DNA of 64,000 bases from Minisyncoccia bacterium (GTDB lineage Bacteria; Patescibacteriota; Minisyncoccia; Phycocordibacterales; UBA6065), in the NCBI GenBank assembly GCA_044233485.1, contig JBIIJY010000003.1:32481-96480 (forward strand), written 5' to 3'. The notes beneath the pieces were generated by a model. That model made no database searches. It was given only the letters and a program-made list of their open reading frames with translations, and was not told the DNA's origin. The translations under genes and the position numbers were made by a program. Positions 11,477 to 21,296 of the stretch are shown here, one piece after another (within the stretch, counting starts at the first letter, position 1; each line of letters begins with the position of its first letter).

Positions 11477-12225
11477 CCTCGACGAAAAACTTTCGTGAGT
11501 AATTTCTTCATCATGTGGAGAAACTTTGGTGGAAATTTACCAAGTAGCGGCACGACCATTCGCCAGCGTGTCGCATAGTAGAGATACATATATGGATGCA
11601 CGAGCGGAAGAAACTCATCGAAGCCGGCCTGGCGAGCTTGATTTAACTTTTCGTATTGAGCAAGTTTTTTCTCATCAACAAAGAAACAAATGTTCTGAGC
11701 GTAGAAAAATGAAACTCGTGAATCATTCCAAATCTTTCGACGCAGACAATCGACCGGTACATACCCGTGAGCTTTAAAGAGTTTTGTCCAATATTCTGGC
11801 CACTGCTCATTGATATGTCGTGAGCCACCCTGAAGTGGGATTGCTGCTGAGAATAGAACCACTGACCCAAGAGATACCAGTGACGCGACGAAATCAGTGG
11901 CGCTTGCTGCTTTTAAATGCTCAGCTACCTCAAGTGAGACAACCAAATCAAAACGTTCTTTCAAACTGATCTTTGTATCGATATCATGTGACAAAAAATC
12001 TTCTTGTGGAATCACAAGGAGTTTTGGAGTGACCCAGTCGCCATCAATACCTCGGATTTTTGAAACACCATGCTGTTTGAATTGTTTGAGCCAGAGACCA
12101 GTCCCACATCCAACATCAACCACTGACTGCACCTTGAGATAGCTGAGTACGAGCGGCACAACCACTCCAGCAGAGATGTAATTTAGATCCTTCATTTCTT
12201 CATAAAAATATTCTGAGTATGACAT
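11473..12225 (-). CDS. class I SAM-dependent methyltransferase
   Basis: 250 aa with the motif I sequence VVDVGCGTGLW and a downstream acidic loop. Confidence 0.8.
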   Translation of the reverse strand: MSYSEYFYEEMKDLNYISAGVVVPLVLSYLKVQSVVDVGCGTGLWLKQFKQHGVSKIRGIDGDWVTPKLLVIPQEDFLSHDIDTKISLKERFDLVVSLEVAEHLKAASATDFVASLVSLGSVVLFSAAIPLQGGSRHINEQWPEYWTKLFKAHGYVPVDCLRRKIWNDSRVSFFYAQNICFFVDEKKLAQYEKLNQARQAGFDEFLPLVHPYMYLYYATRWRMVVPLLGKFPPKFLHMMKKLLTKVFRRG

Positions 12226-12304
12226 GTGTGAATGGATTATATTTGTCTGAGTATGCCACGGCTCACTAATTTATAAAAGAAGGCTTTTTTGCTATGATAG
12301 CCAG

Positions 12305-13183
12305 ATGATACTCAAACTTCTTGTTCGTGCCGGGGCAATCATCACCGACCTCTCTTTTATCCTCTCCCCTGAATACATTGCCCCTCAACGAAAGTCCTTA
12401 CTTGCCACCTATCTAAGACTTCGACTTAAAGTTTTTCTTAATGGTTTTTTCCGACTCAAAGAAGAACATTTTCTCGGGTACAAAGTCACCTTCACTAATT
12501 ATTCACTTTTCTTTGAGGAGTTCCGACAGATTTTTATTCGCCAGTCGTACTACTTTGTATCAGACACTGACTCACCAGTCATTGTTGATGGTGGAGGAAA
12601 TATGGGCGTGTCAGTTCTCTATTTTAAGTATCGCTATCCAAAAGCACGGATTACAGTCTTTGAACCAACACCGTTCATTCGAGAAATTTTGACAAACAAC
12701 ATCAAGGCCAACAATCTCAGTGACGTCACTGTTCGAGAGGAGGCACTCTCAGGCAGCGTCGGCACAGCCGAGATATATAATCGCGGGATTGGTGCTTGTG
12801 GAAATACTCTTGATACAAACCTCTTGCGTACAGAAGATAAAAAGACTACCACCTCTTACACGATACACACCACCATTCTTTCAACAATACTTGCTTCGAC
12901 TTCAAAAATTGATTTCTGTAAATTGGATATTGAAGGAAGTGAGGGTGAAGTCATCAATGACCTAGCAAAACACGGCACGCTCTCAAAGATCATGGCCCTC
13001 TCACTTGAATATCACTACTACCCACTCCAGGAGACAAATAATCTTCCAAAGCTTCTTTCAAATCTTGAGTCAGCTGGATTCAAGCATCAGTTTTTTCTTG
13101 ATGAACTACTACCTGACACTTCAGTACAACTCCCCCTTAACGGAAGTTACTATACCCTTATCAAAGCAGTTCGGAGGAACTAA
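12305..13183 (+). CDS. FkbM-family methyltransferase
   Basis: 292 aa. Contains VIVDGGGNMGVSVLYF, a FEP motif and CKLDIEGSEGEV, the FkbM signature. Confidence 0.8.
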   Translation: MILKLLVRAGAIITDLSFILSPEYIAPQRKSLLATYLRLRLKVFLNGFFRLKEEHFLGYKVTFTNYSLFFEEFRQIFIRQSYYFVSDTDSPVIVDGGGNMGVSVLYFKYRYPKARITVFEPTPFIREILTNNIKANNLSDVTVREEALSGSVGTAEIYNRGIGACGNTLDTNLLRTEDKKTTTSYTIHTTILSTILASTSKIDFCKLDIEGSEGEVINDLAKHGTLSKIMALSLEYHYYPLQETNNLPKLLSNLESAGFKHQFFLDELLPDTSVQLPLNGSYYTLIKAVRRN

Positions 13184-14199
13184 TCCTGATGAGAGTTTGG
13201 TGAAATGGCTCTGGCGATAAGCTCTGCAGCCAGTTTGTTGCCCGCCTCATTCCAATGTCCGTCCTTCTTCCAATAAAGTTGTTCACCTCGATCGAAATGT
13301 GCTTTGAAATCTGGATATAGATCAATGACCTGCACGGCTGGGAAAGCTTGAAGATACTTTTTAAGCTCATTATTGTAGGTAGTCTGACCCGCTACTAATT
13401 CAGCTTTCGATGGCACAAGAACTATAGTAAGACTGGCGTTAGTAGTAGTCGCTAGTCCAATAAAACCATAGATATTCTTAAAATTATTTTTGTATTGCGC
13501 TTCGGTATATCCAGTTGTCGAAGTGGCGACTGGAGCCTGCCGAGAGAATACATTTCGAATACTATTCTTGCTCATATTATAAAGACCAGAATGAGCAGTC
13601 ATAAAGCGTTTAAATCGTGCCAACGGTGTTGCCGTAGCGACACCTTGATAGATAGGTACTCGATAGCCGTCAATCACAGTATAGTGCGGAAAAGCGAGAT
13701 CATCATCAACATCGTTTGCCCCTAAATACGAAACTATAATTCGATTTGGCTTCTTCTCGAGTCGACCAATTATTTCCCGCGCTTTGAGTAGCTCCTGTTT
13801 AGTTCCATATCCATCCACCCCACACTTCAATACTCGAGTGCCGATTTTTTTCTCAAGCAGTGTTCCCCATTTATCATCAAAATCAGAAAACCCCCAGGCA
13901 AAACTGTCTCCAGTCACGTAAATCGACTCTTCATTAGAATAGGACATATCAAAACAGCCGAGTTCATTTGACCAGACAGAAAATGACCCGTCAGTAAAGA
14001 CATGCGACGTCGTGGCTTGAGAAAAGCCAATATCAAACCCTCGCTCATCTGAAGCAACATAATATGGGCGAGGCTGCGCGAGAAACGGGACAAAAACCTT
14101 TAGAGGTGTAAGCCAGAGGATGAGCTCTAGTACGATAAGCATCGTTAAAGCACTCACCACCATCAGAAGACCGTTACGTAGACAATCTTTAATCTGCAT
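13180..14199 (-). CDS. membrane-anchored SGNH/GDSL-type hydrolase
   Basis: Block I VTGDSFAWGF and block V DGHWNEAGNKLAAE (DxxH), with an N-terminal TM segment. The track ORF extends to 14319, but that part overlaps the carbamoyltransferase gene. ATG 14199 (MQIKDCL...) or ATG 14163 is the more plausible start. Confidence 0.7.
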   Translation of the reverse strand: MQIKDCLRNGLLMVVSALTMLIVLELILWLTPLKVFVPFLAQPRPYYVASDERGFDIGFSQATTSHVFTDGSFSVWSNELGCFDMSYSNEESIYVTGDSFAWGFSDFDDKWGTLLEKKIGTRVLKCGVDGYGTKQELLKAREIIGRLEKKPNRIIVSYLGANDVDDDLAFPHYTVIDGYRVPIYQGVATATPLARFKRFMTAHSGLYNMSKNSIRNVFSRQAPVATSTTGYTEAQYKNNFKNIYGFIGLATTTNASLTIVLVPSKAELVAGQTTYNNELKKYLQAFPAVQVIDLYPDFKAHFDRGEQLYWKKDGHWNEAGNKLAAELIARAISPNSHQD

Positions 14200-16069
14200 C
14201 GTTACATTGTAACTCGAAAATTTCTCGCGGGTATAGCGGCTGCTCCCTTTTATTAAAGAGATAATTGCCGATAACCAGATAATCCATTTCTGTTGCCATG
14301 AAGCAACGATACGCATCACTTGGAGTACACACTATAGGTTCATTTCGGACATTGAAGCTTGTGTTAATCACTAGGCCGTACCCTGTTTTACTTTTGAACG
14401 CACTAATGAGATTCCAATATCGAGGATTAATTGTTTTATCCACTGTCTGTACTCGGGCAGAATAATCAAGGTGAGTTACCGATGGAATGTCTGATCTTGA
14501 GACATACAGGCGCTCCATGAACGGTAGTGACTGTGGTGCTCGCGGCTTGCGGCGACTCTCGACCACCTCAGTAGTAACAAGCATATACGGCATATCACCT
14601 GTATGAGTAAAATATTCACCTGCATCTTCACGTAAGACTGACGGTGCGAATGGACGAAACCCCTCCCGATACTTAATTGAAAGATTAAGTTTTTTCTGCA
14701 TCAAAGGACTACGTGGGTCTCCAAGGATGCTTCGATTACCAAGTGCACGCGGCCCCCACTCCATACGACCCTGCATCCAGCCCACCACATTACCTTGGGA
14801 GAGGAGGTCTGCAACCCGATCATAGAGGTCCGTATCGAAGTCAATGTATTTTGCCTTTGCACCATATTTTCGAATCATTTTTTCTGTATCTACTCGATCG
14901 TACTCTGGCCCGAGCAGTGAGCCGTTCATCGCATCTGGAGTGACGACTGGCCGTGATGAACCAGTGAGAAGATAGTAACCGACAAGAGCAGCACCAAGCG
15001 CTCCGCCAGCATCTCCGGCAGCTGGCTGAATCCACACTCGCTTAAAGATTCCAGCTTCTACGAGACGAGCATTCGAGACACAGTTCAAGGCAACACCTCC
15101 AGCAAGAACAACTGAATCTAGTTTGGTAATTTTTTGAGCAGTCTTTGCAAGCCGAATTACACACTCATTGGTCACCTCCTGAATAGCCTGTGCAAGGGCA
15201 ATATAGCGAGAGTCTAGTGCAGACTCTGGTGTACGAGGCCCGAAACCGAAAAGCTGTTCGAACCGGGCATCGTTAACCGTTCGTAATTCTTTCGTAAACA
15301 AGAAATACTCCATGGCTAGGGTAATTGAACCATCATCGTGGCAGTTCACAATGTGTTCTTCGATTAACTTCTTATACCGAATCACCTCTGCATCTTGACG
15401 ATCAGCATACGGTGCCAGTCCCATGAGTTTGTACTCACCGCTATTTATCTTGAAACCACAGTAATAAGTGAACGCTGAGTAAAGAAGACCAAGCGAGTCT
15501 GGGAAATGCATCTCACGATGTATTGATATCGTTCCACCGTCCCCCTCTCCGATAGTGGTTGTTGCCCACTCGCCGACACCGTCTATCGTCAAAATAGCCG
15601 CTCGCTCAAACGGTGAAGGATAAAAAGCACTTGCCGCATGCGAGAGATGGTGCTCAGAAAAGAGTAACTTCGGTTTCTTTGTGAATTTTCCTCCGTGAAT
15701 TTCTTCTAGTTTTTTCCAAATGTTTCTCTTAGCGAACAACTTCTCTTTTACCCACACCGGCATAGCAGTTACAAAACTCTTCAAGCCGTGCGGTGCGTTC
15801 TCATGGAAGATCTGTAGGATTCGTTCGAATTTCAAGAAAGGCTTGTCATAAAAAACAATCGCATCAATATCTTCCAGTGTGAGTGAATACTCCTCGAGAG
15901 CATACCGAATAGCCGACTCAGGAAAGCGATCATCGTGCTTTTTTCGCGTAAACCGTTCTTCGTGCGCTGCGGCTACGATATTCCCATCAATGACAAGAGC
16001 GGCGGCACTATCATGATAGTACGCTGATATACCGAGCACTCGTGTTTTCTGATCGGTACGGATAGCCAT
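14189..16069 (-). CDS. carbamoyltransferase (NodU/CmcH family)
   Basis: 626 aa. Contains VLGISAYYHDSAAALV, the SEHHLSHAASAF motif and a C-terminal carbamoyltransferase domain (NTSFNVRNEPIV). Confidence 0.93.
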   Translation of the reverse strand: MAIRTDQKTRVLGISAYYHDSAAALVIDGNIVAAAHEERFTRKKHDDRFPESAIRYALEEYSLTLEDIDAIVFYDKPFLKFERILQIFHENAPHGLKSFVTAMPVWVKEKLFAKRNIWKKLEEIHGGKFTKKPKLLFSEHHLSHAASAFYPSPFERAAILTIDGVGEWATTTIGEGDGGTISIHREMHFPDSLGLLYSAFTYYCGFKINSGEYKLMGLAPYADRQDAEVIRYKKLIEEHIVNCHDDGSITLAMEYFLFTKELRTVNDARFEQLFGFGPRTPESALDSRYIALAQAIQEVTNECVIRLAKTAQKITKLDSVVLAGGVALNCVSNARLVEAGIFKRVWIQPAAGDAGGALGAALVGYYLLTGSSRPVVTPDAMNGSLLGPEYDRVDTEKMIRKYGAKAKYIDFDTDLYDRVADLLSQGNVVGWMQGRMEWGPRALGNRSILGDPRSPLMQKKLNLSIKYREGFRPFAPSVLREDAGEYFTHTGDMPYMLVTTEVVESRRKPRAPQSLPFMERLYVSRSDIPSVTHLDYSARVQTVDKTINPRYWNLISAFKSKTGYGLVINTSFNVRNEPIVCTPSDAYRCFMATEMDYLVIGNYLFNKREQPLYPREIFELQCNDAD

Positions 16070-16072
16070 TTT

Positions 16073-16222
16073 TTAAAATAATGTATAGATAAATGGACCA
16101 AGAGCAGAACCACCACCAAAGACAATTAATGCTCCTATGAGGAGTAAAACAATCAACGCTGGCGCCAACCAAAACTTCTTTCGTGTTTTTAAGAAACCCC
16201 AGATATCTTTAAGAAATTCCAT
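16073..16222 (-). CDS. DUF5989-family small membrane protein (49 aa), not in the supplied ORF track
   Basis: My own translation: MEFLKDIWGFLKTRKKFWLAPALIVLLLIGALIVFGGGSALGPFIYTLF. A basic N-terminus, one TM segment and the ...PFIYTLF end match the small protein that habitually sits between SxtJ-like and carbamoyltransferase genes. Its stop lies 3 nt before the carbamoyltransferase ATG. Confidence 0.8.
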   Translation of the reverse strand: MEFLKDIWGFLKTRKKFWLAPALIVLLLIGALIVFGGGSALGPFIYTLF

Positions 16223-16240
16223 ACGTATATATTACTGTTG

Positions 16241-16600
16241 CTAATACACTTGCTCAATATCGCCGAGCGTATACGTGTGTGTTCTGTTTACAAAATTCGA
16301 CTCTTTCTCCTTCTCTCGAAGAGAAGTGTGAGTGATTCTCCGAACTAGCCCAATTGGCACAACCACGAGGTAGAAAATTATTGAAAACAAGATCTTCGGC
16401 TGAATATAAGAAAGTCCGCGCACGACCTGAAACCAGACCCAGGCGATCGGATAAAGACCATTCACCCAAACAAGCTGTAAGATGACGACTATGAATGCCG
16501 CACCAAATGCCCATCTCACACCAAACAAACCAAAAAGAATAAGAATAGCTGTCAAAACCAGTCCTGTATCTGAAATCCATTTACTAGTAATCGTATTCAT
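16241..16600 (-). CDS. SxtJ-family membrane protein
   Basis: 119 aa with 3 TM segments. The ...KILFSIIFYLVVVPIGLVRRI... pattern and the position upstream of DUF5989 and the carbamoyltransferase both fit. Confidence 0.7.
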   Translation of the reverse strand: MNTITSKWISDTGLVLTAILILFGLFGVRWAFGAAFIVVILQLVWVNGLYPIAWVWFQVVRGLSYIQPKILFSIIFYLVVVPIGLVRRITHTSLREKEKESNFVNRTHTYTLGDIEQVY

Positions 16601-16659
16601 GGCAGAGAGGCTCTATACAGAAAGAATATCATATACTAGATATTGATAATACTACATTC

Positions 16660-17760
16660 ATGTTGTACAGACGCATTTTACGTAAATTGCACGGCGGTGT
16701 CGTGACGCCTTACCCCGTTGGGAAGAAACGTGCTCTTCTTTCATATACTACATTTCCATTTATCTGCACTGAATCTGAACTTACTGGCCATAGTAATCGC
16801 TGGGAAGCTCGCTGTATCGCTAGACTTCTTAATGAGCAAGGATTTGCCGTAGATGTCGTCGACTTTGAGGATAACTCATTTATACCCCGACATAACTACT
16901 CACTGTGCATTGATAATGGACATCAGCTCGAGCGACTTTCAAAATACCTCCCCTCCGACTGCACGACCGTATTTCACGCAACTACTTCACATTGGTTATT
17001 TCAAAATCAAGCAGAGTACACACGACTACTTGCCCTTGCAAGACGAAAAGGTTTTATCTTGGCTCCACGACGCACACTTCCATTTTCAAAAAATGCTGAG
17101 CTTGCTGAACATATCACCCTCACTGGCAATGAAACAACAGCAGAGACCTACGCTCATGTAAAAAAGAAGATTACCCGAATCCCTGTTTCTACCACCCATG
17201 AATTTGATGTATTCGAAAGAGATTATCTGGCTGCTCGCAAGAATTTCGTCTGGATTGGGGGCTCGGGTAGTGTCCACAAGGGACTCGACCTAGTCATTGA
17301 GGCTTTTACTGGTCGAGATGGCTCTCACTTAGATATTTTTGGAAAAATTGATCCTGATTTCTTTGAAGCTTATCGAGATATTCTTACTTCTCAAAAGACC
17401 ATAACCTATCACGGTTTTGTTGATCCTGGCTCAGAGGAATTTAAAACAGCCGTGTCAAACTCAGCGAGTATTATTTTCCCATCATGCTCAGAATCTACTT
17501 CGACGGCAGTAGTCACTGCTATGCACGCAGGATTGATCCCGCTGGTGTCTCGAGAGGCCGGCATTGAAGTCTCTGATTTCGGGATTGAACTAGCAAATGC
17601 CACTGTCGAAATAATTAAGCAGGCGGTCGAGACAATTGAACAGACCCCTCCTGAGAAACTCAAGTCCAAATCACTCCGTGCACGTGATTATGTGCGAAAC
17701 CATCATTCTCGCGAAAATTTCGAGAAAGCCTATCGTGATTTCTTACTATCAATACTCTAA
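16660..17760 (+). CDS. glycosyltransferase, GT-B fold (family 1/4-like)
   Basis: 366 aa. Contains FVWIGGSGSVHKGLDLVIEAF and the C-terminal PSCSESTSTAVVTAMHAGLIPLVS segment (a degenerate EX7E region). Confidence 0.7.
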   Translation: MLYRRILRKLHGGVVTPYPVGKKRALLSYTTFPFICTESELTGHSNRWEARCIARLLNEQGFAVDVVDFEDNSFIPRHNYSLCIDNGHQLERLSKYLPSDCTTVFHATTSHWLFQNQAEYTRLLALARRKGFILAPRRTLPFSKNAELAEHITLTGNETTAETYAHVKKKITRIPVSTTHEFDVFERDYLAARKNFVWIGGSGSVHKGLDLVIEAFTGRDGSHLDIFGKIDPDFFEAYRDILTSQKTITYHGFVDPGSEEFKTAVSNSASIIFPSCSESTSTAVVTAMHAGLIPLVSREAGIEVSDFGIELANATVEIIKQAVETIEQTPPEKLKSKSLRARDYVRNHHSRENFEKAYRDFLLSIL

Positions 17761-17765
17761 TTCAC

Positions 17766-18626
17766 ATGAATACAAACCCTCTTATCTCCGTCGTCATTCC
17801 CACTTTCAACGAATCAGAGCGTGTCGTACGAGCGGTACAATCAATGCAAGAACAGACCTACAAAAATCTTGAGATCTTGGTCATCGATGATTGGAGTACC
17901 GACAACACTCGTGAAGTCGTCCAGGCACTCGCCGCCACTGACCCGCGAGTACACTACATTCAGCTTCCAGAAAAACCAGCGCAACGAAAAAACTGGCGGG
18001 GGTACGATATTAACGCTGGTTTTTCAGCACGAAACTATGGATTTAAGATCGCCAAAGGTGAATGGATCTCCACTCAGGATGCCGATGATGCCTCGCTTGC
18101 AAACCGGATCGAGCTACAGTACCGACTCGCGACACAACATAAAGCCACCCTCGTTACGATACAGTGGCAACAACTAACCACTGATCGTCTCGGAAAAATA
18201 TTCGACTATACAGCGTATCTTAAAGATAACCCGAGTGGAGTACCTTTCTACAAGCCAGAAGAGCTTGCTCGTATCGCTCACGAAGCAAAGGGCGTATTAA
18301 TGATTGAACCGATTCATCGTTTTATTCCTTTCCCTATCAAATGGTTTCCACCAACACGCACACTCTTTTATCGAAAGACGGATCCGTACCCAGGCGCAGA
18401 CAACTGTATGTTCTTCCATAAAAAAGTCCGCGATGATGGCGTATATTTCCGACACCGCAATGAACGCACCTGGGGGTCTCCATCTGGACGAGGTAGTGGC
18501 CGAGACTTCGTCTATCGGGTAGCAGCTCTCTACAAGAACAGCTGGTCATTTAAAATCCCTCTCTATCTGTGGGATGTGAAGCTTTCGAATTCTGAGTATG
18601 AGTCACTTAACCACTACATACGCTAA
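17766..18626 (+). CDS. glycosyltransferase family 2
   Basis: ISVVIPTFNESERVVRAVQSMQEQTYKNLEILVIDDWSTDNT and a QDADD (DxD) motif. Confidence 0.85.
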   Translation: MNTNPLISVVIPTFNESERVVRAVQSMQEQTYKNLEILVIDDWSTDNTREVVQALAATDPRVHYIQLPEKPAQRKNWRGYDINAGFSARNYGFKIAKGEWISTQDADDASLANRIELQYRLATQHKATLVTIQWQQLTTDRLGKIFDYTAYLKDNPSGVPFYKPEELARIAHEAKGVLMIEPIHRFIPFPIKWFPPTRTLFYRKTDPYPGADNCMFFHKKVRDDGVYFRHRNERTWGSPSGRGSGRDFVYRVAALYKNSWSFKIPLYLWDVKLSNSEYESLNHYIR

Positions 18627-19544
18627 ATGAAATTTTCGATTGTTACACCTTCATACAATATGGAACGCTGGATTGGAAAAACAATCGAGAGTGTGGTCAG
18701 TCAATCTGGCGATTTCGAAATCGAATATATCATTGTAGATGGAAAATCAACAGATAAGACAGGTGCTATTGTCCGCTCATATCAAGAAAAGATTGCTTCT
18801 GGTACATTCCCAATCGCCTGCACGAAAGTCACACTGCACCTCATCGAAGAGAAAGATTCTGGCATGTATGCAGCAATAAACCGAGGCTTCTCACGTGCCA
18901 CTGGGGATGTTTACGCCTGGATCAACGCTGATGACTACTATGCACCCGGAGCGTTTACTATCATGAGTCAATGTTTCGCCACCTACCCTCGCTTCCAATG
19001 GATAAAAGGCATCACCGGAACCGCTACTGAGGACTCTCTTGAAGAAACTCCTGGTATCGCGAAGATATATCATCGTCAGTTACTCAAAGCTGGCGTCTAT
19101 GGACGCGAAAGCTACTATGTTGAACAGGATAGTGTCTTTTGGCGAAGTTCACTTTGGAAACAAGCCGGACCTTTGCAGGAAAAGTATCGCGTCGCCTCAG
19201 ATTATTGCCTCTGGATTCAATTTGCGGGTCATACACCACTCATTACTGTCGACGCTCCAATAAGTTTCTTTCGTAAGCGAGACGGGCAACTAAGTCGAGA
19301 TGTGAATCGATATCGAAACGAACAAATTTCTGTTCGTCCAAGACGGCCACTTATCGCCTGGCTCGCACGATTCTTTTTCAGCCCGCAATCAAGACTCTCT
19401 AGCACACTACCTTTTCTCAGTCCTATTTTTCGATTCATCTATTCGATCGCTGTACTTTCTCACCATCCCTATTACTATATACAGTATAGCCCGACCACAC
19501 TTGTACTGAAACGGGCATATTCATACACCATCACACCACAATGA
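18627..19544 (+). CDS. glycosyltransferase family 2
   Basis: FSIVTPSYNMERWIGKTIESVVSQ...IIVDGKSTDKT and an INADD motif. The start abuts the upstream stop. Confidence 0.85.
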   Translation: MKFSIVTPSYNMERWIGKTIESVVSQSGDFEIEYIIVDGKSTDKTGAIVRSYQEKIASGTFPIACTKVTLHLIEEKDSGMYAAINRGFSRATGDVYAWINADDYYAPGAFTIMSQCFATYPRFQWIKGITGTATEDSLEETPGIAKIYHRQLLKAGVYGRESYYVEQDSVFWRSSLWKQAGPLQEKYRVASDYCLWIQFAGHTPLITVDAPISFFRKRDGQLSRDVNRYRNEQISVRPRRPLIAWLARFFFSPQSRLSSTLPFLSPIFRFIYSIAVLSHHPYYYIQYSPTTLVLKRAYSYTITPQ

Positions 19545-20266
19545 TCACACTTCTACGCACACTCCTAGCCCGCTTTGGTTTCCGTATCCAGCGTGATCAT
19601 TCCATTTACGCTCACACGATCCCTCGTCTACACATACAAACAATTTTTGATATTGGTGCAAATAGCGGACATTTTTCAAAAGAAATGCGTCAGCGTTTCC
19701 CGGAAGCCGCCATCCATGCCTTCGAGCCACTTCCTGACTGTATTGAAACACTCACCAAAGAATTCAAGGACGATCAGAAATTTATTCTGCACCGATGTGC
19801 CTTAGGAAGCTCACGTACCGAAACAGAAATCCAAGTCAGTTCATTTCACCCGAGTTCTTCACTGCTTCCCATGTCTTCGACCCATAAGAACTTATATCCA
19901 AAAAGCGCTTCATCAAAACCCCTCACAATCCCTGTACGAACACTCGATGAAGAAGTCCCGATAGGTGCACGAACTGGTGGCATACTTGCAAAAATTGACG
20001 TGCAAGGTTTTGAAAGTGAAGTTTTGGCTGGTGGTAGTGAGACATTTAAGGCCGTTTCAGTGATCTATATTGAAAACTCTTTCATTGAACTCTATCAAGG
20101 TCAAAAACTCTTTAGCGAAATAACCACGCAACTACTTTCTATGGGTTTTGCTTATTTCGGACATACGCATCGACATTACAATGAAAAGACACACGAACCA
20201 CTTTACGAAGATTCAGTCTATATTCGAAAGGAGTTACTTACCGAGAACGAGAAAGAATCTCAGTAA
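19541..20266 (+). CDS. FkbM-family methyltransferase
   Basis: IFDIGANSGHFS, FEP and KIDVQGFESEVL motifs. ATGA start/stop overlap with the upstream gene. Confidence 0.8.
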   Translation: MITLLRTLLARFGFRIQRDHSIYAHTIPRLHIQTIFDIGANSGHFSKEMRQRFPEAAIHAFEPLPDCIETLTKEFKDDQKFILHRCALGSSRTETEIQVSSFHPSSSLLPMSSTHKNLYPKSASSKPLTIPVRTLDEEVPIGARTGGILAKIDVQGFESEVLAGGSETFKAVSVIYIENSFIELYQGQKLFSEITTQLLSMGFAYFGHTHRHYNEKTHEPLYEDSVYIRKELLTENEKESQ

Positions 20267-21296
20267 AGAAATTCTTGAGATCGTGAATACGATTTCGTGA
20301 GTCTTGCAATTCCACCGCTCGAGCACGCGCTTCTTTTGAAAATTTCAAACGGAGCTCTTTGTTGTCGACAAGTCGCACAAGCGCTTCCCGAAGGGCTTGT
20401 GGGTTTTGGGCTGGAACGAGTAACCCATTTTCTCCTTCAACGATATACGTCTCCATTGCCTCTGTACGAGTAGCAACCACTGGACACCCAGACGAAAGAG
20501 CCTCAAATGCCGCTGAACAACCCATTGCGTCATTATTACCACCGGAGACATTAAGCGGAATGATGACAAGCATTGCCCGGGCATACAGAGAGACCAACTC
20601 CTGTGCTGAATGTTGCCCCACTGTCACGAATTCCGGAAGCGGACGAAGCTTGGCGACGCGTGACTCTCGAGTGACCAAATGGAGCTTATATCCGAGCCCT
20701 TTCATTGCTTCAATGAGTGTCTTCCAGTCACGATCTGGATCAGCTCCGACGGCAAGAATAGTCTCACCACGATCCTCTGTACCTGGTTTAAAAAAGTTGA
20801 TATCACCAAAATATGGGATAAAACGAATTTGGTCTTTCATTTGCGGAAATCTCTCTTTGAGTCGAAGCTCTTCTTTTTTACTTATCGTCACTATCCCATC
20901 TGCTCGGCTGACAATAAAACGAAAGAGTTTTTGTCTGAAAGTTGACTCATCACCAAGAAGTCCCATGATGCTGAAGTCATGCATTATCCAAACTGGCTTT
21001 TTGAATGGCCAGAGTGCGTGGACAAACTGCGTGCCAAACGAAACAGAAGTAAAGACAATATCAGCTTGCAGTATTTTTCTAAACTGGAGCAGGTGCATAC
21101 AATAGATTGGAACATACTTTCGTATCAGACGAGCGATTTTAGGAGAAAAGTCTTGCTCCACCTCGAGGTAGGTCGCATCAATTCCATTACGAATAAAATC
21201 CGTCATGCCCCAGAAGCCATTACCATGATCCTTACCACTCATTACTTTCTCAAGCAAGCCGACACGAGCGCCGTTAAACAAATATACTATTTTCAT
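20238..21296 (-). CDS. glycosyltransferase family 1 (GT4-like)
   Basis: 352 aa. C-terminal GT-B domain with ...AMGCSAAFEALSSGCPVVATRTEAMETYI... Confidence 0.8.
   Translation of the reverse strand: MKIVYLFNGARVGLLEKVMSGKDHGNGFWGMTDFIRNGIDATYLEVEQDFSPKIARLIRKYVPIYCMHLLQFRKILQADIVFTSVSFGTQFVHALWPFKKPVWIMHDFSIMGLLGDESTFRQKLFRFIVSRADGIVTISKKEELRLKERFPQMKDQIRFIPYFGDINFFKPGTEDRGETILAVGADPDRDWKTLIEAMKGLGYKLHLVTRESRVAKLRPLPEFVTVGQHSAQELVSLYARAMLVIIPLNVSGGNNDAMGCSAAFEALSSGCPVVATRTEAMETYIVEGENGLLVPAQNPQALREALVRLVDNKELRLKFSKEARARAVELQDSRNRIHDLKNFFTEILSRSR

Noticed and set aside
20359-21105. 248-aa ORF on the plus strand.
   Set aside because: It lies entirely antisense to the well-supported GT1 gene (20238-21296). 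The Ser/Arg/Pro-rich product is typical of a shadow frame.
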